Origin: a virus
Taxonomy: Duplodnaviria; Caudoviricetes
DNA: 29,552 bases
Direction: 5' to 3' (one strand)
Virus record (IMG/VR): IMGVR_UViG_3300017963_000617
Span: 1-29,552 of that record
Program-made: the position numbers and the translations under genes
In this document: in pieces, positions 17,979 through 25,449 of the stretch
How positions within the stretch are numbered: the stretch's first letter is position 1
Layout of the letters: each line of letters begins with the position of its first letter
The notes under the pieces: model-generated
The model's input: only the letters and a program-made list of their open reading frames with translations
What the model was told of the DNA's origin: nothing
Databases searched by the model: none

Positions 17979-19196
17979 TCAGACCGCGTTCAGAATGACG
18001 GCGAACGCGTCTGTCTGCGTCGTCGCGAAAATCGGCGCGGCCTGCATGCGCGCGGTAACGCGTTGCCATGATTCCGGCGCGTAAGCGTCAAAAAAGAACA
18101 TTCCAGGTTCAACAGTCATTCCGCCGCCATTGATATTCGGCGGCATGTTCGGCATTGAAACGTCGAAACCGAAAAGTTGTTGATAAAAGGTCCGCCGGGC
18201 CGGAATATCCGGAAGCAATTCGGGCGGTCCGAAGTAACGATCAGCGCGGGCGCCGGAATAACAAACCAAAACCTTCGCGTTCGGCATGTATTTGGTCGCG
18301 GTTCCTGCGCTGTTCGTGTAAACGTCCGAATAAGTGAACATCCAGATTTCGTGTCCGCGCGGCGTCAGAAGGCGCCCACGCGCAGTCATTCCGGCCTCGA
18401 TAAAGCGGGAATAACGCGACGGAACCGGCATTTCCTGAGAGACAAGGATCAGCTCAAATCGCCGGTTGTCGGCCTTCGCGATAAGGTCTGTATTCTTCAG
18501 AAACGCTTCAAACGCGCCTTCGCCGAAAACCGCCATATCCGCGGAAACGTGAGCATTCTCGCGAATCAGATCCCAACAATCGTCAATGTCGCCTAGTGCG
18601 TCAGCCGCGGCGTTCGACCATTGTGTGATCAGCGTCACAAAATGCGCGCTATTCCTTAAAAAATCGTACTGTTGATCCGGGTCGGCGGTTCCAAGAATCG
18701 CGTCCATCTTGCCTTCAAGAACGGACTGCGCCGCCAGGACTTCAAACAGACGGACGGTCCGGCGAACCTGTTCCTGGTGCTCACGAAGCGCAAGCGCGCG
18801 CAAACGTTCCCGTCGCGCCCGCCGTTCGTATGGATTTTCACCGGCAAGGCGATTCAAAAGCTGTGAAGCTTCAATGTCGCCTTCTTCGACTACCAACGGA
18901 AAAACCCGGTTGATATTCGTGAAACGCTGTGACAGTGTGTTTTCCTGCGGCGCGGTAATGAACCGACCGTTTGTCCCGCGCGGTACAAGCGCGGCGATTC
19001 GTTCGTTTGCGCGAATAATGTCGATATCGACAGCGTTCGCGTTTGGCGAATAGATTGTTTGTGAATTTGTTTCCGGCCGTCCGAAGAAGCATTGAAACGC
19101 AGTCGGAACGCCGATCACGCTTTTTTCGTCGAAGGCGTTCGCCATAATGCGCGAATACAAATCGACGGAAAGTGGGTTGGTCTGATAGTCAGCCAT
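17979..19196 (-). CDS. Major capsid protein, lambda gpE family
   Basis: 405 aa with VDIDI...IAALV.R, R..E.LAAQ.VL.GK, QYDF.R..H..TL..QWS...DALGDI and C-terminal MQAAPI motifs; GGAGG SD. Confidence 0.9.
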   Translation of the reverse strand: MADYQTNPLSVDLYSRIMANAFDEKSVIGVPTAFQCFFGRPETNSQTIYSPNANAVDIDIIRANERIAALVPRGTNGRFITAPQENTLSQRFTNINRVFPLVVEEGDIEASQLLNRLAGENPYERRARRERLRALALREHQEQVRRTVRLFEVLAAQSVLEGKMDAILGTADPDQQYDFLRNSAHFVTLITQWSNAAADALGDIDDCWDLIRENAHVSADMAVFGEGAFEAFLKNTDLIAKADNRRFELILVSQEMPVPSRYSRFIEAGMTARGRLLTPRGHEIWMFTYSDVYTNSAGTATKYMPNAKVLVCYSGARADRYFGPPELLPDIPARRTFYQQLFGFDVSMPNMPPNINGGGMTVEPGMFFFDAYAPESWQRVTARMQAAPIFATTQTDAFAVILNAV

Positions 19197-19210
19197 TTTT
19201 AAACCTCCCT

Positions 19211-19648
19211 CTAGTTTTCGAATTCGTCGATTGCGCGTGTCGCTTCGACGTAAATGTTATGGCGTTCAAGTTCGTCGCCAACGGTCAGACCGCTGGAAGT
19301 AATAACGTCCGCCAGGGTTTTGGAATTTTCGATCACAAGCTGATTCACGTCAATTGTGATTTCGCCGCCAACGATGATCGGGATGTCGGGAACGTCGCCC
19401 GCGACCAGTTCCGCCGCCGAAACGTCCGCCTTGATAATTCCGGCGGGAAATTCAGAACCGTCGGAAGCGGTGTTATCCGTAAAAGGAACCCACTTTCCCG
19501 ACGCGCTGATCTTCGACATAAGGGTGTTTTTGACAAGCGCCGCCGAACGGCCCGCGTCGGTCAACAGGGTTTCCGCAGTCTTGACAAGCGGTTCGCCGGA
19601 CAGGACAAACGGAAAATTCGTATAGTCTGTTCTAGTTTGAGCGGCCAT
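19211..19648 (-). CDS. Head decoration protein (lambda gpD-like)
   Basis: TLMSKISASGKWVP...ASDGSE.PAGI motif; lies between protease and capsid genes. Confidence 0.8.
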   Translation of the reverse strand: MAAQTRTDYTNFPFVLSGEPLVKTAETLLTDAGRSAALVKNTLMSKISASGKWVPFTDNTASDGSEFPAGIIKADVSAAELVAGDVPDIPIIVGGEITIDVNQLVIENSKTLADVITSSGLTVGDELERHNIYVEATRAIDEFEN

Positions 19649-19649
19649 C

Positions 19650-20036
19650 TTATTTCACTCCTTTCAAGGCGTCAATCGCCGCCTGAACTTCCGCTTCGTT
19701 TGAAACGGTTCCGTCTTCGGAAATGGTTTCGGTTTCAAGCTGCGCGGGCGTTTCGTCCGGTTGTTCGTCTTGCGCGGCCTTCGCGTTCCTCTCCTCCTTT
19801 AAGGCGTCGAACGCAATAACAGCGCCGGTCAAAACCGCCGGTTCCATGTCGCCCTTCAAAACGTCGCAGGCGATTTTCTTGATCGATTCGGGATAGTCAG
19901 ATCCCGCCAGATAAGGAATCGCCGCCTTGATCGTCGCTTCGGCCTTTTTTGCGCCTTCCGCGAACGCTTCGTTTTTGATCGCTTCAACCTCGCTGGCGAG
20001 ATCTGGCGACTCGTTGATCGCATCCTGCAAATTCAT
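19650..20036 (-). CDS. Nested in-frame scaffolding protein (lambda Nu3-like), 128 aa
   Basis: Internal GGAGG (20046-20042) lies 5 nt before the in-frame ATG 20036; acidic helical sequence; same arrangement as lambda C/Nu3. Confidence 0.7.
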   Translation of the reverse strand: MNLQDAINESPDLASEVEAIKNEAFAEGAKKAEATIKAAIPYLAGSDYPESIKKIACDVLKGDMEPAVLTGAVIAFDALKEERNAKAAQDEQPDETPAQLETETISEDGTVSNEAEVQAAIDALKGVK

Positions 20037-21298
20037 TTTTTCCTCCATTTGTTTTCCCGCGCCAGCGGGTTGGTTTGCAGTTTTTTTGTCTTCGCGTTCT
20101 ATCTTTTTTATATAGCGATCTATAACCGCTTGAACTTTTGGTTTGTCGGCGCTTGGTATCTGAACGCCGCCGCGGGCGCCCTTCATGGCGCCGTTTGCGG
20201 CAAAAACGCCGCGGCGAATGGCAACCATGCGTCCGTCGACGATATCCGCAAACGGAAGCTTATAGGCGCCGAAGTTTTCGGCGTTTTCGGCGTCGTACCA
20301 AAAAAACGCTTTCTTGTAATTCGCGCCCGGTTTTTCTGTCGACCCTGTCGCGCGCCTGACGCGCGTCTGTGCCGCGCCCGAATCCCATGGTTTGTCAACT
20401 ATCGGAAGATCTGCGAACGGCGTCGCGCCCGCTGTTATGGTCTCTTGAACACTTGCCGACGCTGTCGGTTCGCCGACGGTTTCTTCAATTCTTCCGAATA
20501 TCGATCCGTTGACGCTGTCTATCATGCCAACCGACAGCGCGTCCGCGCGGTTTTCGTCCGGATCTTTCGCGACTAGCAACGCGCCGCGACCGAAATCTTT
20601 GATCACTTTTTGTTCGGTGACGCCGCGACCGTCTGCGACCCTATTAATGAAGATCCGTTCGATTGCGTCCGCGCGCTGTTGTATCGTTTCGCGACCTGCT
20701 TTGGTATCCGCGTCAGGCGCCTTTTCAGGCGCGTTCCGCGAAATGACATTGACTTTTTTGATCCCAAACGCCTTTTCGCGTTCTGACGTATCAATTTGAG
20801 TAATTACAACACCGATTGAACCGCTTTCAACCGTTGGCGAAATCGCGCGAATTTCCGACGCCGCGCTTGCGATCCAATAACCCGCGCTCGCGATCATGCC
20901 GTGATTTTCAGCGATAACGTGTTTTTTCATCGCCAGGTCTGCGACAGCCTGTCGGACTTCTTCGACGCCATTCACCGCGCCGCCTGGCGTATCCATGACA
21001 AGGCGAACGGTTTTGACCTTATCCGTTCGCGCTGCGACGTCAAGCGCGTCAATTATCTGTGAATAGGCTGTTCCGTCAAATCCAAACAAGCGCGCCAACG
21101 GCGGCGGCCCGTCCTTCGACAACGCGCCGACAATCTTGATCGTCGCGCTGTCGTCGTCTATCTGAATGATGGATCTAGGCGCGGCGAATTGTTCCTTCGC
21201 CGATAGTGTTCAGCTATGCGTTCCGCGTCGGCCGTTATATTGTGGACCTGGTCTAAGTATCCGACAATATAGTTTTCTTCACATGCCCATATTTTCAT
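19650..21298 (-). CDS. S49-family prohead protease (lambda gpC-like); reading frame broken near 21209-21210
   Basis: DTPGG, IASAGYWIASA and GSIGV motifs. The natural start MKIWACEE at 21298 (TAATG-coupled) is out of frame with the catalytic domain by one base; the restored length would be 549 aa. Confidence 0.85.
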
Positions 21299-21465
21299 TA
21301 GCGACCAACCTTCTTTTCGATCTTGGCAACCAACGATTTCAGATCTTCAACGGCGTCGGCCAGTTCTTCAACCGCTTCGCGCAACTGCGGAACATTTGTC
21401 GCGCCTTGCGCCTTCGTCTTCGCGTCCGCCGCCTTGTTGATAACTTGTGGATTTACGTTTGCCAT
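21298..21465 (-). CDS. Small coiled-coil protein, 55 aa (not in ORF track)
   Basis: MANVNPQVINKAADAKTKAQGATNVPQLREAVEELADAVEDLKSLVAKIEKKVGR; TAATG overlaps at both ends; clear heptad pattern. Confidence 0.8.
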   Translation of the reverse strand: MANVNPQVINKAADAKTKAQGATNVPQLREAVEELADAVEDLKSLVAKIEKKVGR

Positions 21466-22031
21466 TATTCAACCTCGATCAATGTGTCGCCGTTCGCGAC
21501 CACGTACCATTCGCTGACGTCCTGTTGAACTAAGTATTCGTCGGCGTCAAGCGAATCATATTCGCCGTCTGTCTTTTCATACGCGTTGATCCCAAACGTG
21601 TCAGACGTCGAATTGTAAACAAGCGAAATAAGCACGTATTTGGTCAGCGTTTCGTCCGCGACAACCGTCGTTTCGTCGTCAATGTCAAGTTCGCTGACCG
21701 TTGTCGTGATAACAAGACCCGCCGCCGTGCTACTGACGATCAATTCTGCGGCGTAATTAGCGGGGAGAATTTCGGCTTTAAGGTGTTCGCCGGTTTCGAT
21801 TTTCGTTATCAAAACGCTTGTATGATCCGCAACTAACCCGTCAAGGATCGTGTCGTCTGCGCCTGTCGGTTCGGTCTCAAAAATCACTTCGCAGTTGTCC
21901 GACGGTCCGTCAACGTTTATTCCGGTTAGTTCAACAGAAATCGCGGATTTTACGATCTGGATTTTTAAAACGTCAGCCGAAACGACGTCGTTTGGAAAAT
22001 CGGTTATCGCGTAATTTCTTGAAACCGTCAT
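21465..22031 (-). CDS. Hypothetical acidic beta-rich protein, 188 aa
   Basis: Start re-called to ATG 22031 (ATGA overlap with the upstream stop). Confidence 0.75.
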   Translation of the reverse strand: MTVSRNYAITDFPNDVVSADVLKIQIVKSAISVELTGINVDGPSDNCEVIFETEPTGADDTILDGLVADHTSVLITKIETGEHLKAEILPANYAAELIVSSTAAGLVITTTVSELDIDDETTVVADETLTKYVLISLVYNSTSDTFGINAYEKTDGEYDSLDADEYLVQQDVSEWYVVANGDTLIEVE

Positions 22032-22588
22032 GAAACCCTCCAAACTTCGATCCATGCGTCTTTTATCGACTGTGTGTTTCCGCCTGTACCGTCGCGATAT
22101 TGAACCTTGAATTGTTTTGATGCACCGGAAAAAACAACTTCATGCACGCTTGAAAAACCCGGATAATTATCGGCGCTGTCTTTGATTCTCATTTTCCATT
22201 CGTCGCCAATTATTCCCGCGTCTGTCACATTGTACAGCCGCGCGAACCCGGCCTTGTCTGCATTGTTTACCATCGCACCACACGCGATGCGATACGTTCC
22301 CGTCAACGCGGGCGTCGTCAATGTGACTTTGTCCTGGTAAGTTGCAAGCGTGGTTTGTGATTGCGCCAGCGATTCCGCGCGTTGATAGTCCTGACCAAAA
22401 ACGTTCAGGCGCGGATCGTTTCCTTCACAAATCGTATTCGCTGACGATCCATAGGTCGGCGTCAAAACCGCGTCGACGTTGTCACCGGTATTCGTGATCC
22501 CGTTCGACCCCGAAACCGTGTTTGTTAACCCGCCGCCTGCGGCGACGGTCGGCCCTATTGTATGTTCACAGCATTCCTTGGTCGTCAT
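22028..22588 (-). CDS. Short fibre/spike-like protein, 186 aa
   Basis: YGSSANTICEGNDPRL resembles the G.TA.TV..GND.R phage fibre motif, followed by an all-beta C-terminal domain; ATGA overlap. Confidence 0.55.
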   Translation of the reverse strand: MTTKECCEHTIGPTVAAGGGLTNTVSGSNGITNTGDNVDAVLTPTYGSSANTICEGNDPRLNVFGQDYQRAESLAQSQTTLATYQDKVTLTTPALTGTYRIACGAMVNNADKAGFARLYNVTDAGIIGDEWKMRIKDSADNYPGFSSVHEVVFSGASKQFKVQYRDGTGGNTQSIKDAWIEVWRVS

Positions 22589-22845
22589 AAATCCACCCTA
22601 ACCGATCCGGCCTTTTTTTTCGGATACACATAAACATCGATTGCGGAAGGCGCCGAAATTTTCGCCGACTGGCCGACCCATGGTTGCGCGTCTGACAGGT
22701 CGGTCGGCGCCGGGTTAGTCGTCGCGCGATAGGTTGTCCAGTATTCCAGATCTGTTTTTTGCTTCCAAAGTTGACCAGTTGAAACGCCGGTTGCAACCTT
22801 CGTCCATTGATTCGCCGGACACGGTACCAATACAGGATCAGCCAT
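22585..22845 (-). CDS. Hypothetical small beta protein, 86 aa
   Basis: Start re-called to ATG 22845 (MADPVLVPCPANQW) with GGAGG at 22858-22854; overlaps the end of the portal gene. Confidence 0.75.
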   Translation of the reverse strand: MADPVLVPCPANQWTKVATGVSTGQLWKQKTDLEYWTTYRATTNPAPTDLSDAQPWVGQSAKISAPSAIDVYVYPKKKAGSVRVDL

Positions 22846-24469
22846 TGTTTGGGCCTCCTTCGTTGTTTGTCGATTTTTGCCATGGGGGGGACGCAAGTTC
22901 CGCGAATTCGCGTTTTAGCTTCGCCCGGTTTGCCTTGCCCGACGACCCGTTCAGGTTGCGCGCGACCCTGTCAAGCGTCTGTCCGCCCATGGTCGCATAT
23001 AACTGATCGGCCTTCGCCGTTTTCGCCGGGTCGATATTCGGCATAGGCGCCGAAATCCAGCTATGACACAACCAAGCGGCGCGCAAGCGCGGGTCGGTCC
23101 AACCTGGCGCGACAATTCGCCCGGTCGCGACTTCGCCCGATAACCACATTGCGTAAGCGGGCGACAGAAAATCAGAATCAAGTTCAGCTTCCCAAATTCC
23201 GCGAATTCGATCCCAAAGGATAAGCGCCGCGCGCGAAGCGGAATAATTCTGTCCGAATTGCATCTTGACGCGTTCAAGCGGAATCGACATGGACGCGGAC
23301 AAATACGACGCGACGGCGTCCATATATTCCGGATATTGCGGAAGTGGCGAACTGTCTTGAAACGGTTTCAACCGTTCGCCTTCTTGCAACGAAAAAACAC
23401 CGACCGAACCGGGAACGTTCAAGGTCGCTTGCGGCAAGCGGTGGAATCGAACGGGTTCTGACATCGCCGCCGCCGCTTCCGCCGGAACGGTATTTTCGTC
23501 AATGGTCGGAATAGGCCCAGCGTTCCCTTCGGTTATGTCTTCAAAAGGATTCGACGCCGCGTTGTGTTCGCTTGGTTCATTAACCATCGTAATATTCGAT
23601 TGATTAATGCACTTCTTTAGGGTTGCAAGGGCATAGTCTTCCATATTTTCCAAATTTTGCAAAATATGGGAAATTCGCGAAAACCCGCGCCCCTGACCTG
23701 GAAATTCGGGTTGATATCCATGGATCATAAAAACGCGCTCCGACCTGGCGCCGACGCGCGGAACCCTGACTTCCTTGTAATTCATTTTTGCGTCGCGAAC
23801 CCAAACCTTGAAGGCCGTTTCGCGACCTGCGGCGTCACGCTCGATTCCGTCCTTGTCGGTCTGAAATCCATATGTCGAAGTATATTCAGAACCGCGAATT
23901 TGATTCGGGTCTATCAATAAAACTTGAAGCGGATTCAAAATGTCGCGCCGGTCTGAATAATAGAACCGTGAAAAATATTCCCCGTCGCGCTGTTGAAAAT
24001 TCACCGCTAGTCGTTGCGCTTGGTAAAAATTCATTGTTTCGTCGCGATAGGAAGTTTTCGAATTCGCCCAAATATGGAACCGTTCGTTAACGTCTTCCGA
24101 CCATTCTTCGGCCTGATCTTCCGAAATACCCAAAATTCCGGCGGCCGGTTCCGCCTGCAATTTCAGACCACGGTCGACGACGCTGTTTCCATACGTTTCG
24201 ACAATCGCCTTTCCTAAAGGACTTTCGAGGTAAGCTGACCTGGCGTTTTGTCTCAACAGCCAGTGATCAAGGATCGGCGACTGACCAGTTGACGACATTC
24301 CCCAATCCCATTTTGATCCGTCGGAACCGGTGTCGCCATAATATCCGGCGTAACCGTAACCGCCATAACCAAAACCATATGACGCGCCGACTTGCCCGAA
24401 ACCGTTCAGCGCGGCGTCGCTGGAAAACCATTCCTTGAAAAACTTCCCTATGGTATCAAGCGCACCCAC
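22838..24469 (-). CDS. Portal protein, lambda gpB family
   Basis: LRQNARSAY, DGEYF, DGIERDAAGR..A, GQGRGFS, NYSASRAAL and IDPAK motifs. Start re-called to GTG 24469, overlapping the gpW TAG. Confidence 0.93.
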   Translation of the reverse strand: MGALDTIGKFFKEWFSSDAALNGFGQVGASYGFGYGGYGYAGYYGDTGSDGSKWDWGMSSTGQSPILDHWLLRQNARSAYLESPLGKAIVETYGNSVVDRGLKLQAEPAAGILGISEDQAEEWSEDVNERFHIWANSKTSYRDETMNFYQAQRLAVNFQQRDGEYFSRFYYSDRRDILNPLQVLLIDPNQIRGSEYTSTYGFQTDKDGIERDAAGRETAFKVWVRDAKMNYKEVRVPRVGARSERVFMIHGYQPEFPGQGRGFSRISHILQNLENMEDYALATLKKCINQSNITMVNEPSEHNAASNPFEDITEGNAGPIPTIDENTVPAEAAAAMSEPVRFHRLPQATLNVPGSVGVFSLQEGERLKPFQDSSPLPQYPEYMDAVASYLSASMSIPLERVKMQFGQNYSASRAALILWDRIRGIWEAELDSDFLSPAYAMWLSGEVATGRIVAPGWTDPRLRAAWLCHSWISAPMPNIDPAKTAKADQLYATMGGQTLDRVARNLNGSSGKANRAKLKREFAELASPPWQKSTNNEGGPNNG

Positions 24470-24771
24470 TAGCAAGAAGTCCTTCCGAACGGTCCGCGCT
24501 TGCGGCGCAGGTTCATGTTCACGACGCCCGCGCATTCCAAACGCCGATAAAGTGAATCAATTTCGGATTCCAGCGAATCAATGACGCCCTTCATTTCGTC
24601 CAGCTTGCGCCGCCAGGTCTGTTGACTTCCCTCGTTACTGTCGAACCGATAGCGTTCCGCGTCGGTTTCAAGCGCGCGTTCAAAGGTTGCGTACAATTTT
24701 TCAAGCTGAATTTGTTTTGTTTGGATAAGCGCGATGATTCGCGCCCGCTTCGCGGTGTCACGACACGACAT
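24469..24771 (-). CDS. Head-completion protein (gpW-like)
   Basis: 100 aa with a helix, beta-hairpin (ERYRFD..GSQQTWRR.L..M...I..LE.EI), helix layout; directly upstream of the portal gene. Confidence 0.7.
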   Translation of the reverse strand: MSCRDTAKRARIIALIQTKQIQLEKLYATFERALETDAERYRFDSNEGSQQTWRRKLDEMKGVIDSLESEIDSLYRRLECAGVVNMNLRRKRGPFGRTSC

Positions 24772-24776
24772 ATTCT

Positions 24777-24806
24777 TTTATATGTGTATTTCTGAAAAGC
24801 TGTCAA
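24777..24806 (-). promoter_or_regulatory. Sigma70-type promoter for the head/tail operon (TTGACA-N18-TATAAA), 5 nt before the gpW ATG
   Basis: Perfect -35 at 24806-24801 and -10 at 24782-24777; no SD between the -10 and the ATG. Confidence 0.6.
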
Positions 24807-24849
24807 GCAATATATTGCCATATACGCAAGTTACCATATGTTGCCATGT
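24807..24849. promoter_or_regulatory. Candidate operator cluster: palindrome GCAATATATTGC (24807-24818) and three TTRCCATRT direct repeats (24815, 24831, 24841)
   Basis: Directly visible, adjacent to the -35 box in a divergent intergenic region; function is inferred. Confidence 0.45.
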
Positions 24850-24940
24850 ATCTTTTTTGCGTCAGATCTCGAGGTAGGACCGCAGGAAAAAAACGCAGGT
24901 CATGCGTTTTTCCGTGTTTTTTCGGGTTATAATGGAAATT

Positions 24941-25246
24941 ATGGAACACGATTATCACGACAAGGCGATCAGGCGCGTTCACTATATCGTTTTTAGGGCA
25001 ATTCGCGAAGGTAGACTTCGGCGCCCGGATCGTTGTTCAGAATGCGGACAGGCAAAAAAACGAATCGTCGCGCACCATGAAAACTATTTCATGCCGTTAG
25101 ATGTGACCTGGCTTTGCTGTCGATGTCATTTTGAAATCCATCAACCATTCTCGCCGGAAAACGCGGGCGGGACTTCCGTTTTTCACCCGTTCAACCCGTT
25201 TCCGACAAAACCACTAGGCGATCAATACTTCCTTCCTATCATCTAA
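24941..25246 (+). CDS. Small HNH-like zinc-finger endonuclease, 101 aa (only credible plus-strand gene)
   Basis: CSEC...AHHENY..PLDVTWLCCRCH..IH motif. Start re-called to ATG 24941, 7 nt after a perfect TATAAT (24928-24933). Confidence 0.75.
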   Translation: MEHDYHDKAIRRVHYIVFRAIREGRLRRPDRCSECGQAKKRIVAHHENYFMPLDVTWLCCRCHFEIHQPFSPENAGGTSVFHPFNPFPTKPLGDQYFLPII

Positions 25247-25252
25247 ATAATT

Positions 25253-25285
25253 GAACCCGGTCGCGTGGCAACGCGCGCCGGGTTC
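25253..25285. other. Stable hairpin GAACCCGG-T-CGCGTG-GCAA-CGCGCG-CCGGGTTC
   Basis: 8-bp perfect outer stem plus a 5-6-bp inner stem, just after the HNH stop; followed by AATTATTT on the minus strand. Confidence 0.7.
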
Positions 25286-25353
25286 GTGTCCGCCAAAGGA
25301 GAAGGCCAAGACTTCCCAATGGTCGCAAATTTCCGCGTTCCTGTCAAACATAC

Positions 25354-25394
25354 AAAAAAGGCGCGCTTCGCATGGGGGTAACACGAAGCGCGCC
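25354..25394 (-). terminator. Intrinsic terminator downstream of terL
   Basis: 11-bp perfect stem GGCGCGCTTCG/CGAAGCGCGCC (25360-25394) followed by T6 on the minus strand. Confidence 0.85.
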
Positions 25395-25449
25395 GGATGA
25401 GGGGAAACCTCAATGCTGAATTCAAGTCTGAACTATTCCGATAGACCTG

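Noticed and set aside
21210-21298. Stop-codon reassignment to explain the truncated protease
   Set aside because: TGA, TAG and TAA all end genes normally elsewhere in the window, and a one-base indel explains the break.
24330-24390. Gly/Tyr-rich stretch at the portal N-terminus, similar to GYGLGGYG at the start of the gp48-like protein
   Set aside because: Low-complexity similarity only; too short to infer homology.
25253-25285. Group II intron domain V look-alike (33-nt stem with GNRA loop ending GGTTC)
   Set aside because: No AGC/CGC catalytic triad, the bulge is on the wrong side, and there is no domain VI or RT gene.
25365-25410. CRISPR repeat or solitary repeat mimic (GTGTTACCCCCATGCG; ...GATGAGGGGAAAC)
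   Set aside because: Only partial resemblance to repeat ends, with no repeat-spacer periodicity; cannot be supported without a database comparison.
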